Shown: positions 33,748 through 42,728 of the stretch, in pieces | How positions within the stretch are numbered: the stretch's first letter is position 1 | How the letters are laid out: each line of letters begins with the position of its first letter | Source of the DNA: a virus | Direction: 5' to 3' (one strand) | DNA length: 64,000 nt | Virus record (IMG/VR): IMGVR_UViG_3300007511_000003 | Coordinates: 104,901-168,900 of that record | Made by a program: the position numbers and the translations under genes | Notes under the pieces: model-generated | What the model was told of the DNA's origin: nothing | The model's database searches: none | Seen by the model: the letters and a program-made list of their open reading frames with translations, nothing else

Positions 33748-35133
33748 ATGAAGAAACGTCGGAAAAAGGTCACGGCGGGTGAAAGCCTCCATGGCCAGAA
33801 TCTTGTTTCTTCGGTCGTGGTTGCCTCCGAGGCCGCGGTGCCAACAGGACTGAAAGTTACGGCGCACAAGTGCCGTGGGTGTGACACTACTTTCGCAACC
33901 AACGCAGACATCAAACCATTTTGCGTACATTGCGGGAGTGATAGTGTGATTACTGTCAATGACATGGGTGGCCGTAAGGTCGAGTCCATGGCAGACGAGA
34001 GTAAACTGTCAAGTGTCCAATGCCCAGGGTGCCAAAACCGTAACATTCTGTCCGACACCACTGCCAAAGCCTTGGAAGGTTATATGGCTTGCGTGGTGTG
34101 CTCTCACGACATCCTTTTTGAAACCGTTGCTGAGGATGATGAGCCACCCGCCGCCGAAGATCCCATGGTCGATGACACAGACCAACCAACTGAAGATCCC
34201 GCTCTCGAAGGTGACACCGCTGATGGTGAATCCGACATTGGTGGGGATGATGTAGGTGGTGAGCCCGAAGAAGAAGACGAGGTTTTGATGAACTTGTCTG
34301 AGCTCGCTTTGGCTTCCGCCCCTGATAGAAAGGTCGTTTTCGTCCGTGCAGGTAAGAGTTCCATCTGCGCCTACGTCGGAGACGTGTCCATTGCTCGACT
34401 GAAACAAGCCGATGCTGGTGACAACGAGGATCTATTCCAAGAGCAAGCTTTCCTCAAGTCAATCCGTCAATCCATGGCGACAGCTGGTTTGGACAAAACG
34501 CTTGACGATTTTGGTTTTACCAAAACTCAGGTGGCTTTGTCCGGCTCTCACCTCCGTAAGTTCAAGATCTCTGAAGCGGTTACTGCCGAACGGGAGATCA
34601 TCCGCAAGGAAATGGCAGATTCCCAGGCGGTGTTGCAACAGTGCCTCCAGATTGCTGCTGCTGGCTTGAATAAAGGCTTTTTCAAAGATCGTGTTCATGT
34701 CCTGAAAGCCAAGTTGTATGAGTCACTGGTTGAAGCCGGCATGAAGAGTCCCAACGTGGTGATTGATCAAGTCTTTTCTGCCCATTCGGATGAGTACAAC
34801 ACCACGCTGTTGGCGTTAGCTACCGAGTTGTTGGGTAAATCCGAGGACGTTCGTAACGAACTTGCGGACACCATCCAAGGTACCAACTACCAATTGGCGG
34901 AGGATGAACCAACCGAAGACGACGAACTGGAGTTGGAAGAAGAGTTCACCGAGGATGACCTGGAGGATGCCCCTCTGGAGTCACGATTGGAGGCCTCTTT
35001 GCGCCCATCTCGCCCAAGGCGTTTGAATGGTAAAGCAGCCGTTCATTCCCATACGGGTGAACCACCCCGGTCCGTTGCGGATATCCGTCATCACGTTACC
35101 AGTCAGGCGGGCCAGAACCTGTTTAGCCGGTAA
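33748..35133 (+). CDS. Putative capsid scaffold/core protein with N-terminal Zn fingers
   Basis: Four CxxC pairs, acidic linkers, coiled coil; first gene of the capsid operon. Confidence 0.6.
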   Translation: MKKRRKKVTAGESLHGQNLVSSVVVASEAAVPTGLKVTAHKCRGCDTTFATNADIKPFCVHCGSDSVITVNDMGGRKVESMADESKLSSVQCPGCQNRNILSDTTAKALEGYMACVVCSHDILFETVAEDDEPPAAEDPMVDDTDQPTEDPALEGDTADGESDIGGDDVGGEPEEEDEVLMNLSELALASAPDRKVVFVRAGKSSICAYVGDVSIARLKQADAGDNEDLFQEQAFLKSIRQSMATAGLDKTLDDFGFTKTQVALSGSHLRKFKISEAVTAEREIIRKEMADSQAVLQQCLQIAAAGLNKGFFKDRVHVLKAKLYESLVEAGMKSPNVVIDQVFSAHSDEYNTTLLALATELLGKSEDVRNELADTIQGTNYQLAEDEPTEDDELELEEEFTEDDLEDAPLESRLEASLRPSRPRRLNGKAAVHSHTGEPPRSVADIRHHVTSQAGQNLFSR

Positions 35134-35170
35134 TAGGGCCACTCAAAACTGTTTATAAGGAGTTTCAACC

Positions 35171-35833
35171 ATGTTGCAACTGGACAAAAGTCGTTTTCGT
35201 GACAGTGTTGAGCGGCCCGTGGCAGATGGATATTCCATCACTGCCGAAGGGCAAGCTCTCATTGGCGAACTGATGGATGGCGTTTTCGGCGTCCGTCCAT
35301 CAACCGGGGCGGCTGACGAAGTTTTCGCCGGCGTCTCTATCGCTCAAACCATCAATGTCGAGCTGATGCCTGAAGTGGCCGATGTCGTGCTCGATGCCAA
35401 CAAAAAAGCCATGCTCCCGCATGAACCGGTTGCCGGTTCAATCCGTGTGCTGGATGCTGCTGGCACCACTATCGCTCCTGCCAATTATACCATCACAGGG
35501 AAAGAAATCGAAGTTCCTGGCGGGGCAGAGGGTGACGCAGTTCAGGTGCGGTCCAAGTATGTTCCCAACGTTCAGGAAGCCAAATTGCTGCAAGGCGATG
35601 AAGCTCCCGGTGGAACAGCCGCAGCTTTCATGTCCTCAGTGGGTACCATTACCGAGGGCGATGTTTACACCACCGAGTATGATACGGCTGCGGATTGGAG
35701 TGGAACCAATCCCGAGGTCAAACTCGGTCCCGGAGGACTGTTCACCACGGCCGGAAGCGGTACTGCTGTGAACGGTTTCGTCATTCAGGTTCCCACGGCG
35801 GCAGACCCCACGCTGGGCCTGGTACTTCGGTAA
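35171..35833 (+). CDS. Putative capsid decoration/cement protein
   Basis: Small, beta-rich, G/A/T-rich protein directly upstream of the capsid gene. Confidence 0.65.
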   Translation: MLQLDKSRFRDSVERPVADGYSITAEGQALIGELMDGVFGVRPSTGAADEVFAGVSIAQTINVELMPEVADVVLDANKKAMLPHEPVAGSIRVLDAAGTTIAPANYTITGKEIEVPGGAEGDAVQVRSKYVPNVQEAKLLQGDEAPGGTAAAFMSSVGTITEGDVYTTEYDTAADWSGTNPEVKLGPGGLFTTAGSGTAVNGFVIQVPTAADPTLGLVLR

Positions 35834-35867
35834 TCGGGTTCCACACCAAGGAGAATGGAGATAAACT

Positions 35868-36983
35868 ATGCGTAAGCGTAAAAACAATCCTTACAGTGGG
35901 GTCCAGTTTCAACATGCTGGTGCCTCACAGCAGGTTCTGGCAACAGACTTGCGTCTTCCCGGTACCACTGAGCGTTTTGTTGGACAAGACGGTCATGTGA
36001 ATGCTGGTTCCAACCAAGAGCTGGCTCGGAAAGTTGCAGAGCTGGCCAAGTATATCGAGACCAGCGGTCGCGATGTGGTGACCGAATCTGAAGCCCAACA
36101 GCGGCAAGAGCTGGCGGCCGCCCATCGTGAGATGGTATTGGCAGCTTTTGAAGACCGCGCGGAATTGGCGTCTCTCGGTGAAGTATTGGCCGAAGAGATT
36201 TACATGACCAGCAACCGCGAAGGCTTTATGCGGCGCTTCATGCTTCGCCAAGACCTGGGGCAAGGCCAAATTCCACAGATTGACGTGGATCAAAAGAACG
36301 TCGTGGCCATCGTTTCGACCTCGCCGGTCAAAATCGAAACCCAGTTGGTACGTGACTCCGTCCTGTACCCACCAGAGTTTTACATTTCCAGCCGGCCCTT
36401 CATCGAGCAGCGTGACATCGCCCGCTCCAACACCGACATCCTCGAGAAGAAGTATCTCGAAGCCCTTGAGGGTGTCATGGTAGAAGAGGACCGGGTGTGG
36501 TTGCGTCTAGCCAATGCCACCGTCAACGTCGTCAACACCATGAGCACTGTTGTCGGTACTATGACTCCAGCGGCTTTGGGTGCCATGTCCAACCAGGTTA
36601 CTCGGTGGGGTATCCCTGCCTTGTACTGGCTTATCGCCAATGACATCTGGCAGGATGTGGTGGCCGACGAAGGTTTTCAAACCATCATCGACCAGGTGAG
36701 CAAGTTTGAATTGCTCAAGACCGGGAAACTCGGTACCATCTTGGGCATGGAGGTCATCTCCGACGCCTTCCGTCATCCGCAACACAAGGTTTTGTCTCGC
36801 GGTGAGATGTACATTATCGGGGATGCAACCAACCATGGTCAGTACACTGATCGTGGTGGTGTGGATTCCAAGCCCATCGACGAAACCCATGAGAAGGTTC
36901 CTGGGCGCGGTTGGGTCATGACCGAACTGATGAGCATGGCTATCGCCAACGCTCGCTCCGTCGCCAAAGGCGAGCGTGAGTAA
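35868..36983 (+). CDS. Major capsid protein
   Basis: 371 aa, HK97-like pattern (EED..W, GKLGTILGMEVISD), strong codon bias, gene order. Confidence 0.8.
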   Translation: MRKRKNNPYSGVQFQHAGASQQVLATDLRLPGTTERFVGQDGHVNAGSNQELARKVAELAKYIETSGRDVVTESEAQQRQELAAAHREMVLAAFEDRAELASLGEVLAEEIYMTSNREGFMRRFMLRQDLGQGQIPQIDVDQKNVVAIVSTSPVKIETQLVRDSVLYPPEFYISSRPFIEQRDIARSNTDILEKKYLEALEGVMVEEDRVWLRLANATVNVVNTMSTVVGTMTPAALGAMSNQVTRWGIPALYWLIANDIWQDVVADEGFQTIIDQVSKFELLKTGKLGTILGMEVISDAFRHPQHKVLSRGEMYIIGDATNHGQYTDRGGVDSKPIDETHEKVPGRGWVMTELMSMAIANARSVAKGERE

Positions 36984-37010
36984 CCCTTGAGAATGTGAAC
37001 GGAGATAACC

Positions 37011-37469
37011 ATGCGATTCAAAGCGTATAGTCGTGAACTCGACCATGTGATTGCTGCCCTTGGATTCATCCGGAAGGGACAATCCAAACTGGCTCGCAAG
37101 CATCTGCTTGCAGCCGCCAAATCCAAGAAAACTGGCGCCCTGCTGGCTTCTTTGGGTCAGGCCAACCAACAGGCTTTGGCCCGTGCCACTGCCCACACCA
37201 AACGCCGTGTCCAAGCCGAGGACGATCTGGGTCTGGATGACCTGGACCTCGAAATGGAGGAAGATCTTGAACTCGATCCGGAAATGGACGACATGGATAT
37301 GGCCGGCGATGATGAAGGAATGGAGGAAGAGGACGTTGGTGAGGATGAGGAAATGGACCTCGAAGAGGATTCCACTGCCTTGACCGCCAGCGCCAAACGC
37401 CGTTTGTCTCGTGCCCAGGCCAATGCCAAGGCTTTGCATCAGAAGCGGCGCCAACAGCGTCAAAAGTAA
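37011..37469 (+). CDS. Acidic-core head-associated protein
   Basis: Basic ends around a D/E-rich centre; follows the capsid gene. Confidence 0.7.
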   Translation: MRFKAYSRELDHVIAALGFIRKGQSKLARKHLLAAAKSKKTGALLASLGQANQQALARATAHTKRRVQAEDDLGLDDLDLEMEEDLELDPEMDDMDMAGDDEGMEEEDVGEDEEMDLEEDSTALTASAKRRLSRAQANAKALHQKRRQQRQK

Positions 37470-37522
37470 AACCTTAGGTGGGTGGGGTCCCTTGCGGCTC
37501 CACCCGCTTGTAGGTCCTTATA

Positions 37523-38149
37523 ATGACCGAAGAGACAACCACCAAGATACAACCACTATCCTACTATGTGTTTGCTGGTCTCCAGCAAATGATAGCTCAG
37601 GACTTTGCTGTGAAACCACCCATCTTTTCCACAGCAGAGAACGTACAAGAGTTGTTGAGAACAGGTGTTAAACCCGAGTATCCCTTTTGTTACCTGCGTT
37701 TGGTAACAATGGGTGTATCAACCAAAAGTGATGATGGTAAGTCTCGGAACCCACATGAGATGGCACGTCTGGGTATGATGAATAGGTTTAATACTGACCG
37801 ATCAGAAGCCCAAATCACAGCAGCCATTCCTACTACCTATGCCATCGAACTCCATTTTATTACCGATAATTTCAACCAGGTGATGACATTTAACACCAGG
37901 TGGACGTTTGCTCATATTAGAAACCGTTTAGACTTCAAGCTTGGGTACATGGACTTTGACTACGATATTGGTATCGAGTTGGATCCGTCTTTAACCGTAC
38001 CCACCCAGGAAGGGGACCTTTCATCCCCAGGGCCTTTTGAATTCGTTGGCAACCTCTCAGTGCGTGGATATCTCATTAACGATGACCCACGAGACATCCG
38101 GGACGTGCCATTGGTTAAACACCTCAATTTACGGTTGCAAACGACATGA
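37523..38149 (+). CDS. Putative tail terminator/completion protein
   Basis: EYPFCYL motif; position before the sheath gene. Confidence 0.55.
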   Translation: MTEETTTKIQPLSYYVFAGLQQMIAQDFAVKPPIFSTAENVQELLRTGVKPEYPFCYLRLVTMGVSTKSDDGKSRNPHEMARLGMMNRFNTDRSEAQITAAIPTTYAIELHFITDNFNQVMTFNTRWTFAHIRNRLDFKLGYMDFDYDIGIELDPSLTVPTQEGDLSSPGPFEFVGNLSVRGYLINDDPRDIRDVPLVKHLNLRLQTT

Positions 38150-38493
38150 GTACTATTGTTTTAAGGCTTGATGCCTACCTATCAAAGGGTTCTGGTGCCC
38201 GACGATATCTTACCAAGGGTAGGCTGGCTGTAGAGGTGGCAGGCGAAGCCGACTGCCGGTGCATAACCATTGACAAAGACAGTGGGTACATTCTGGATCC
38301 CTCTGTCAACAGCAATAAGGTTACTGCACTCGTTGCGTCCGCTCCTCTTGAAGTTGAGGTCACCAGAGCCCCAGACCAGACCTTCAACTTCACCCTTGTA
38401 GGACTCTTTGTATTTCCAGACACCCTCCAGACCGTTCGATTGGTCAATACTGACACAAAGAACAAAGTGGAGGTAGAGTTAATCCACGGATAA
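38146..38493 (+). CDS. Hypothetical virion protein
   Basis: 115 aa, ATGA-coupled. Confidence 0.65.
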   Translation: MSTIVLRLDAYLSKGSGARRYLTKGRLAVEVAGEADCRCITIDKDSGYILDPSVNSNKVTALVASAPLEVEVTRAPDQTFNFTLVGLFVFPDTLQTVRLVNTDTKNKVEVELIHG

Positions 38494-38511
38494 CGTTGAA
38501 GGAGACGTTTC

Positions 38512-38724
38512 ATGACCGACGAAAGTCCTGTTCCTGCTCAGGAGCAAAAGGTTGTTATCGTGAGTCGGCGTGATCATCCGGTGCGGGTAAAGTTAAAGCC
38601 TGCACCTGGCGACCCGGAGAAAGGGAATTACATTATGATCCCTCCTCGTGGTCGCTCCCGGAAGATCGCCCAATCCCGGCTCGATGTGGTTCCACCTACT
38701 GTAGTTGCCGTTCCGGCAACTTAA
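38512..38724 (+). CDS. Small pre-sheath protein
   Basis: 70 aa with SD, directly before the sheath gene. Confidence 0.65.
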   Translation: MTDESPVPAQEQKVVIVSRRDHPVRVKLKPAPGDPEKGNYIMIPPRGRSRKIAQSRLDVVPPTVVAVPAT

Positions 38725-38738
38725 AGGAGATTTAAGGC

Positions 38739-40310
38739 ATGGGTGTAGCCACTGGTGTTCCAAAGGTCAATATTCGGGAGATCGACCTTACCACAAAAGT
38801 ACCGTCATTCCCTGGCGTGTACGGTGGTATTATTATTCCCGGCGCCAAGAAAGGTCCTGTGAGTGACCCGTACTTGTGCGCTTCTGAGACTCAGTTCTTG
38901 CAGGTGTTTACACCTGACGAGCGGATTGAAGTCGGTTACGACTTGGCTTACTACTCAGCTATTGCGTTCCTGGCAAAGTCCAACAAACTCTGGGTCATCC
39001 GCGCTGCCATTAATTCGCTGTACGGCGGTGTTGCAATTTTGGAGTCTGGTGGTGGTTCCGCCATCCCTGTGACTGCCGGTATTGAAGACCCTGAAGCCTA
39101 TGCTTTTGGTGGTAATGAGTGTCTGCTCATTACAGGCGCTAGCCAAGGCGACTGGGCAAATGACCTGTATGTTGAGGTCCTTGACAATGACGAGAAGGAA
39201 CCCGGCTCTTTTCGTATCAACGTCATCAAAAATGGTGTCGAAGTCGAGCGGTTTGTCTGTAGCCGGACTGCTGGTACAAAAGATGGTTATGGTCGCAACA
39301 TCTACGTTGAGGACGTGACCCGTGCCAGCCGGTATATCTCTGTCGTTGACAACATTGCCATCGATCCAGAGGTTTTGCCAGAGTTCACCACAACCCCTGT
39401 TCAAATGGCGTCTGGTGACGATGGCGACCCTGTTACCGACAACGAGATGATCTTGAACCTCGACAAGTTCAGTAACAAGAACAATGCTCCAATGACGCTG
39501 CTCATGGATGGTGGCCGGGCAACTGAAGGCTACCAATTGGCACTTATCCAGCTGTGCGAAGCCCGCAAGGATTGTATCACCATCTTGTCGGTTCCGTTCG
39601 AAGCTGAGGATAGCGCGGATTACGTCAACGAGATCATCGACTATCGTGACAACCAACTCAATGCCAGTTCCAGCTATGCGGCGATGTACAGCCCGCATGT
39701 GCTGATCGAGGACAAGTTCAACGATCGTCAGATCTACGTCAGCCCGGATGGTTACGTCGGTGGTATCATTTCGGAAACCGCTGCCAACTATGAAATCTGG
39801 TATCCGCCTGCTGGTGCCCGTCGTGGTACTTTGTTGGTGCTGGATGTTCGGCGTCGGTTCCTTGAAGGTGAGATGGACCTCTTGTTTGACAAGGGTATCA
39901 ACCCAATTCGTTTCCGTCCTGGTCAGGGTATTGCGGTTTGGGGTGACAAGACTTTGTTGGGTCGTCCGTCCAACCTCGATCAGTTGTCAACTCGGTTGCT
40001 GTTGATCGTTCTGGAGCCTGCCATCGCAGAAGCGTTGGAAGACTTCGAGTTTGAACTCAATGATGTGGCGTCTCGTGCCCTTGTTGAATCCATGATCAAC
40101 AGTTACATGGAAGGCATCAAGGCGCGGCGTGGTGTCTACGGCTTCATGACCGTGTGTAACGAGGACAACAACACGCCAGAGGACATTGGCAACGACCGCA
40201 TGAACGTTGACTTGTTCGTGAAGCCCATCCGTGGTATCCGGTACATCGAGTTCACCACCATTATCACTCGGACGAGCATGGACTTCAAGCTCGCCCAACA
40301 GTCGATTTAA
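38739..40310 (+). CDS. Contractile tail sheath protein
   Basis: REIDLT N-terminus, KGP, WYPPAG..RG, GINPI...WGDKTL, FELND, PIRGIRYI. Confidence 0.95.
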   Translation: MGVATGVPKVNIREIDLTTKVPSFPGVYGGIIIPGAKKGPVSDPYLCASETQFLQVFTPDERIEVGYDLAYYSAIAFLAKSNKLWVIRAAINSLYGGVAILESGGGSAIPVTAGIEDPEAYAFGGNECLLITGASQGDWANDLYVEVLDNDEKEPGSFRINVIKNGVEVERFVCSRTAGTKDGYGRNIYVEDVTRASRYISVVDNIAIDPEVLPEFTTTPVQMASGDDGDPVTDNEMILNLDKFSNKNNAPMTLLMDGGRATEGYQLALIQLCEARKDCITILSVPFEAEDSADYVNEIIDYRDNQLNASSSYAAMYSPHVLIEDKFNDRQIYVSPDGYVGGIISETAANYEIWYPPAGARRGTLLVLDVRRRFLEGEMDLLFDKGINPIRFRPGQGIAVWGDKTLLGRPSNLDQLSTRLLLIVLEPAIAEALEDFEFELNDVASRALVESMINSYMEGIKARRGVYGFMTVCNEDNNTPEDIGNDRMNVDLFVKPIRGIRYIEFTTIITRTSMDFKLAQQSI

Positions 40311-40325
40311 AGGAGGTAGCACGAT

Positions 40326-40928
40326 ATGCCGCGACCAACTATTGAGAACATTCGGGGCTTGCCTGATTTTGCTCCGATGTACAAATGGAATGTGGAGATT
40401 TCGACACCGCCAAAGTCGGTTCCCACTCCACCAACCTTGAACTTCCAATGCCTGTCCTCTGAAATCCCCAAGATGGATGATGGCCAAGACATTGAGATCA
40501 AAATCCGTGGTCACAACATCCAACAGCCAGGTATCTATGACTATACCCACAGCCTGACCCTGAAGTTTGTTGAGACCATCGACAACGTGATGAACATCTG
40601 GTTCCAGAAATGGCGGGAAGCCGTCTGGCAGACAGGAACCGGTATCCAGGAGATGCGTAAGGATACAGAAGCGGTTCTTAACCTGTTCCGCCTCAATCGG
40701 CAAGATGAACCGATCTGGCGTTATGAGGTAATCGGTTGCTTCCTCAAAGGGTACGACCCTTCCGGTGGTGAACTGGATGGTGAAAACTCGGAGATCCTGC
40801 GGCCCGAACTGATCTTGACCTACCACTATTTTAAGGACTATCCAATGTCCGGTGGTGGTGGTCGTGTCTCAGGTACTTCTGCCTCCACGGCAAGCGCACA
40901 ATCCGGATCACAGGCGGCTGGAGCGTAA
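40326..40928 (+). CDS. Tail tube protein
   Basis: Follows the sheath; T4 gp19-like pattern (LTLKFVET...WFQKW...LTYHYF). Confidence 0.85.
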   Translation: MPRPTIENIRGLPDFAPMYKWNVEISTPPKSVPTPPTLNFQCLSSEIPKMDDGQDIEIKIRGHNIQQPGIYDYTHSLTLKFVETIDNVMNIWFQKWREAVWQTGTGIQEMRKDTEAVLNLFRLNRQDEPIWRYEVIGCFLKGYDPSGGELDGENSEILRPELILTYHYFKDYPMSGGGGRVSGTSASTASAQSGSQAAGA

Positions 40929-40958
40929 AAGCTCCTCGCATCACAGTAGTACCCCGAG

Positions 40959-40998
40959 AAGGGCCAGCGAGGCACCAACCTGGCTGGCCCTTTTTTTT
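40959..40998 (+). terminator. Rho-independent terminator
   Basis: GGGCCAGC/GCTGGCCC plus T8. Confidence 0.85.
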
Positions 40999-41014
40999 GT
41001 TTAAGGAGTATGGT

Positions 41015-41605
41015 ATGGCATTGTTTTTAAAGCATATCGAACAAGTCCGGTCTATTGACTGGGGAAAGGCCTACTTATGGGATATCCTACTCCCTGACGC
41101 TCCTCCACCCTTTCATAAGTGGTTCCCCGCCACTGACGTGGAGGAACCCCTGTTCAATGTCGAGTCATTTAACTTCGACAGTTCCATGGGTGTGCATAAA
41201 ATTCCATTAAGGAACGGTGGTGCCCCTGTGATGAAGATCACGTTTCTGGACAATGACCGCCACGCCCTCTCCGACTTTTTTGAGGAATGGGTAGATGATC
41301 AAGTCCTCCCAAAGGACCGGACAACTGTAAATTGGGTAGAGAGTGCTGTCAAATCCATCATGATCGCTAAGTATGATCATACCCACAGTAACATCAAGAC
41401 CGTTAATTACTGGGTGTACCCAGAAGGGGAACTTGGGTTCCACGGTTCCGGTGAATCCTCCTCGGAGCCTTTGGTGCTTGATTTCGTTATTGTGGGTAAG
41501 GGTAAGCAAAAAGGTAGTGTGGGTGGAGTAGCCCCACAAATGTCCACGAGCCTTTCCAGTCTCATTCCAAATATCCCGAATGTCAGTGGACTTTTTTTAA
41601 CGTAG
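41015..41605 (+). CDS. Tube-like baseplate/tube initiator protein (gp54-like)
   Basis: Tube-fold pattern (KITFLD...FFEEW). Confidence 0.6.
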   Translation: MALFLKHIEQVRSIDWGKAYLWDILLPDAPPPFHKWFPATDVEEPLFNVESFNFDSSMGVHKIPLRNGGAPVMKITFLDNDRHALSDFFEEWVDDQVLPKDRTTVNWVESAVKSIMIAKYDHTHSNIKTVNYWVYPEGELGFHGSGESSSEPLVLDFVIVGKGKQKGSVGGVAPQMSTSLSSLIPNIPNVSGLFLT

Positions 41606-41638
41606 AGCCGATAACAAAATAGGAGAAGGAGAGCCGAT

Positions 41639-42628
41639 ATGACAACACCGGAACAAAAGGCAGGTACTTTTGTACCACCTATGGGACCTGGAGTCCCTGG
41701 GGTATCCCCTGCCGCCGCGAGCACAGGGAACGATCCTAACGTGGCTATACCTAGCAGTCCCAAGGTAAAGCCAACTACTGTAACCGAAACTCCGTCAGAT
41801 CCTCACAAGGATCGGTTTCCGACGAGTGCTCTCAACAAACCGGAGGACCTTCCGTCCCAAGGTAAAGCCTATGATAAAGGATACACTATTACCTACCGGC
41901 CGTATTCCTTTGGAGAGATAAAAAAGTTCGGTCAATCCACTGGTATGTCTACCCATGACAAACTCCAGTTTTTGGCTAAAGGAGTAGAGACCTCTTTTGA
42001 CGGCGCACTGAAGATGACCTTACAGGACTTCCTGTATGTGTGTTTCTTGCGAAAGTTATCCACGATGGGTGCCCAGCAATTTTTGTTGGACCTGGTGTGC
42101 CCACACTGTAAGCAAAAGCAGACCAAAACCTTACAGTTTGACGATATCGCGTTTGACGAGATCCAGGCCCCTGCCCTGCCCGCTATCGTTACCGTGGGTG
42201 GTCAAGAGCTTCACATCTCTCCGATTACGCTGGAGGGGTATCTAAAGGCTCTCAAGGATGGATACGCTGAACGTGAATTCCAACGTGGTACTGATGGTCA
42301 GGTGTTGACAGACCAGGAAGGGGAGCCATTACGCGAACCCGATGATGAGGTTGCGTTGATGGCACTCCAAGTAACGAACAAACCTTTTGACGAGGCGTAT
42401 ACCCTCATTGAGAGCGCGGTTGGGGAAGAGTCCTGGGTACTGCAGAGCCTGGACAATTATTTCTTTCATGGTGTGAAACCCCACGAAACAGCCTGCTCGA
42501 AGAAAACATGCGGAGGTAAGATGAGTGTTCGTATTGATGCAAAAGAAACACTCATCTATCCTTTTCGTGAAGGGGAGGACGCTATTCGAGATCGCGTTCA
42601 GTTTGGGGTACCGAATGCAGGGCCTTGA
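41639..42628 (+). CDS. Baseplate hub / tail assembly chaperone (T4 gp26-like)
   Basis: LPSQG..Y...YRPY...E, CPHC, terminal C..C; upstream of the tape measure. Confidence 0.7.
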   Translation: MTTPEQKAGTFVPPMGPGVPGVSPAAASTGNDPNVAIPSSPKVKPTTVTETPSDPHKDRFPTSALNKPEDLPSQGKAYDKGYTITYRPYSFGEIKKFGQSTGMSTHDKLQFLAKGVETSFDGALKMTLQDFLYVCFLRKLSTMGAQQFLLDLVCPHCKQKQTKTLQFDDIAFDEIQAPALPAIVTVGGQELHISPITLEGYLKALKDGYAEREFQRGTDGQVLTDQEGEPLREPDDEVALMALQVTNKPFDEAYTLIESAVGEESWVLQSLDNYFFHGVKPHETACSKKTCGGKMSVRIDAKETLIYPFREGEDAIRDRVQFGVPNAGP

Positions 42629-42728
42629 CATAACTGGATTGGATAACTTGGACTACGGTGAGGTCCTGTTCTATGCTCAGCGTTTGGCCAAGCAAATGAA
42701 GGAAGAGAGGAAGCATCTCGGTGGCTGA
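42564..42728 (+). CDS. gp51-like chaperone segment, possibly reached by +1 frameshift
   Basis: LFEIAFSLGY...LDNLDY.E...RLAKQMKEE in the +1 frame; no clear own SD. Confidence 0.5.
   Translation, partial: FVKGRTLFEIAFSLGYRMQGLDITGLDNLDYGEVLFYAQRLAKQMKEERKHLGG

Noticed and set aside
36507-37463. 318-aa minus-strand ORF, and similar ORFs at 38955-39698, 39987-40826 and 46587-47324
   Set aside because: Antisense shadows of codon-biased structural genes.
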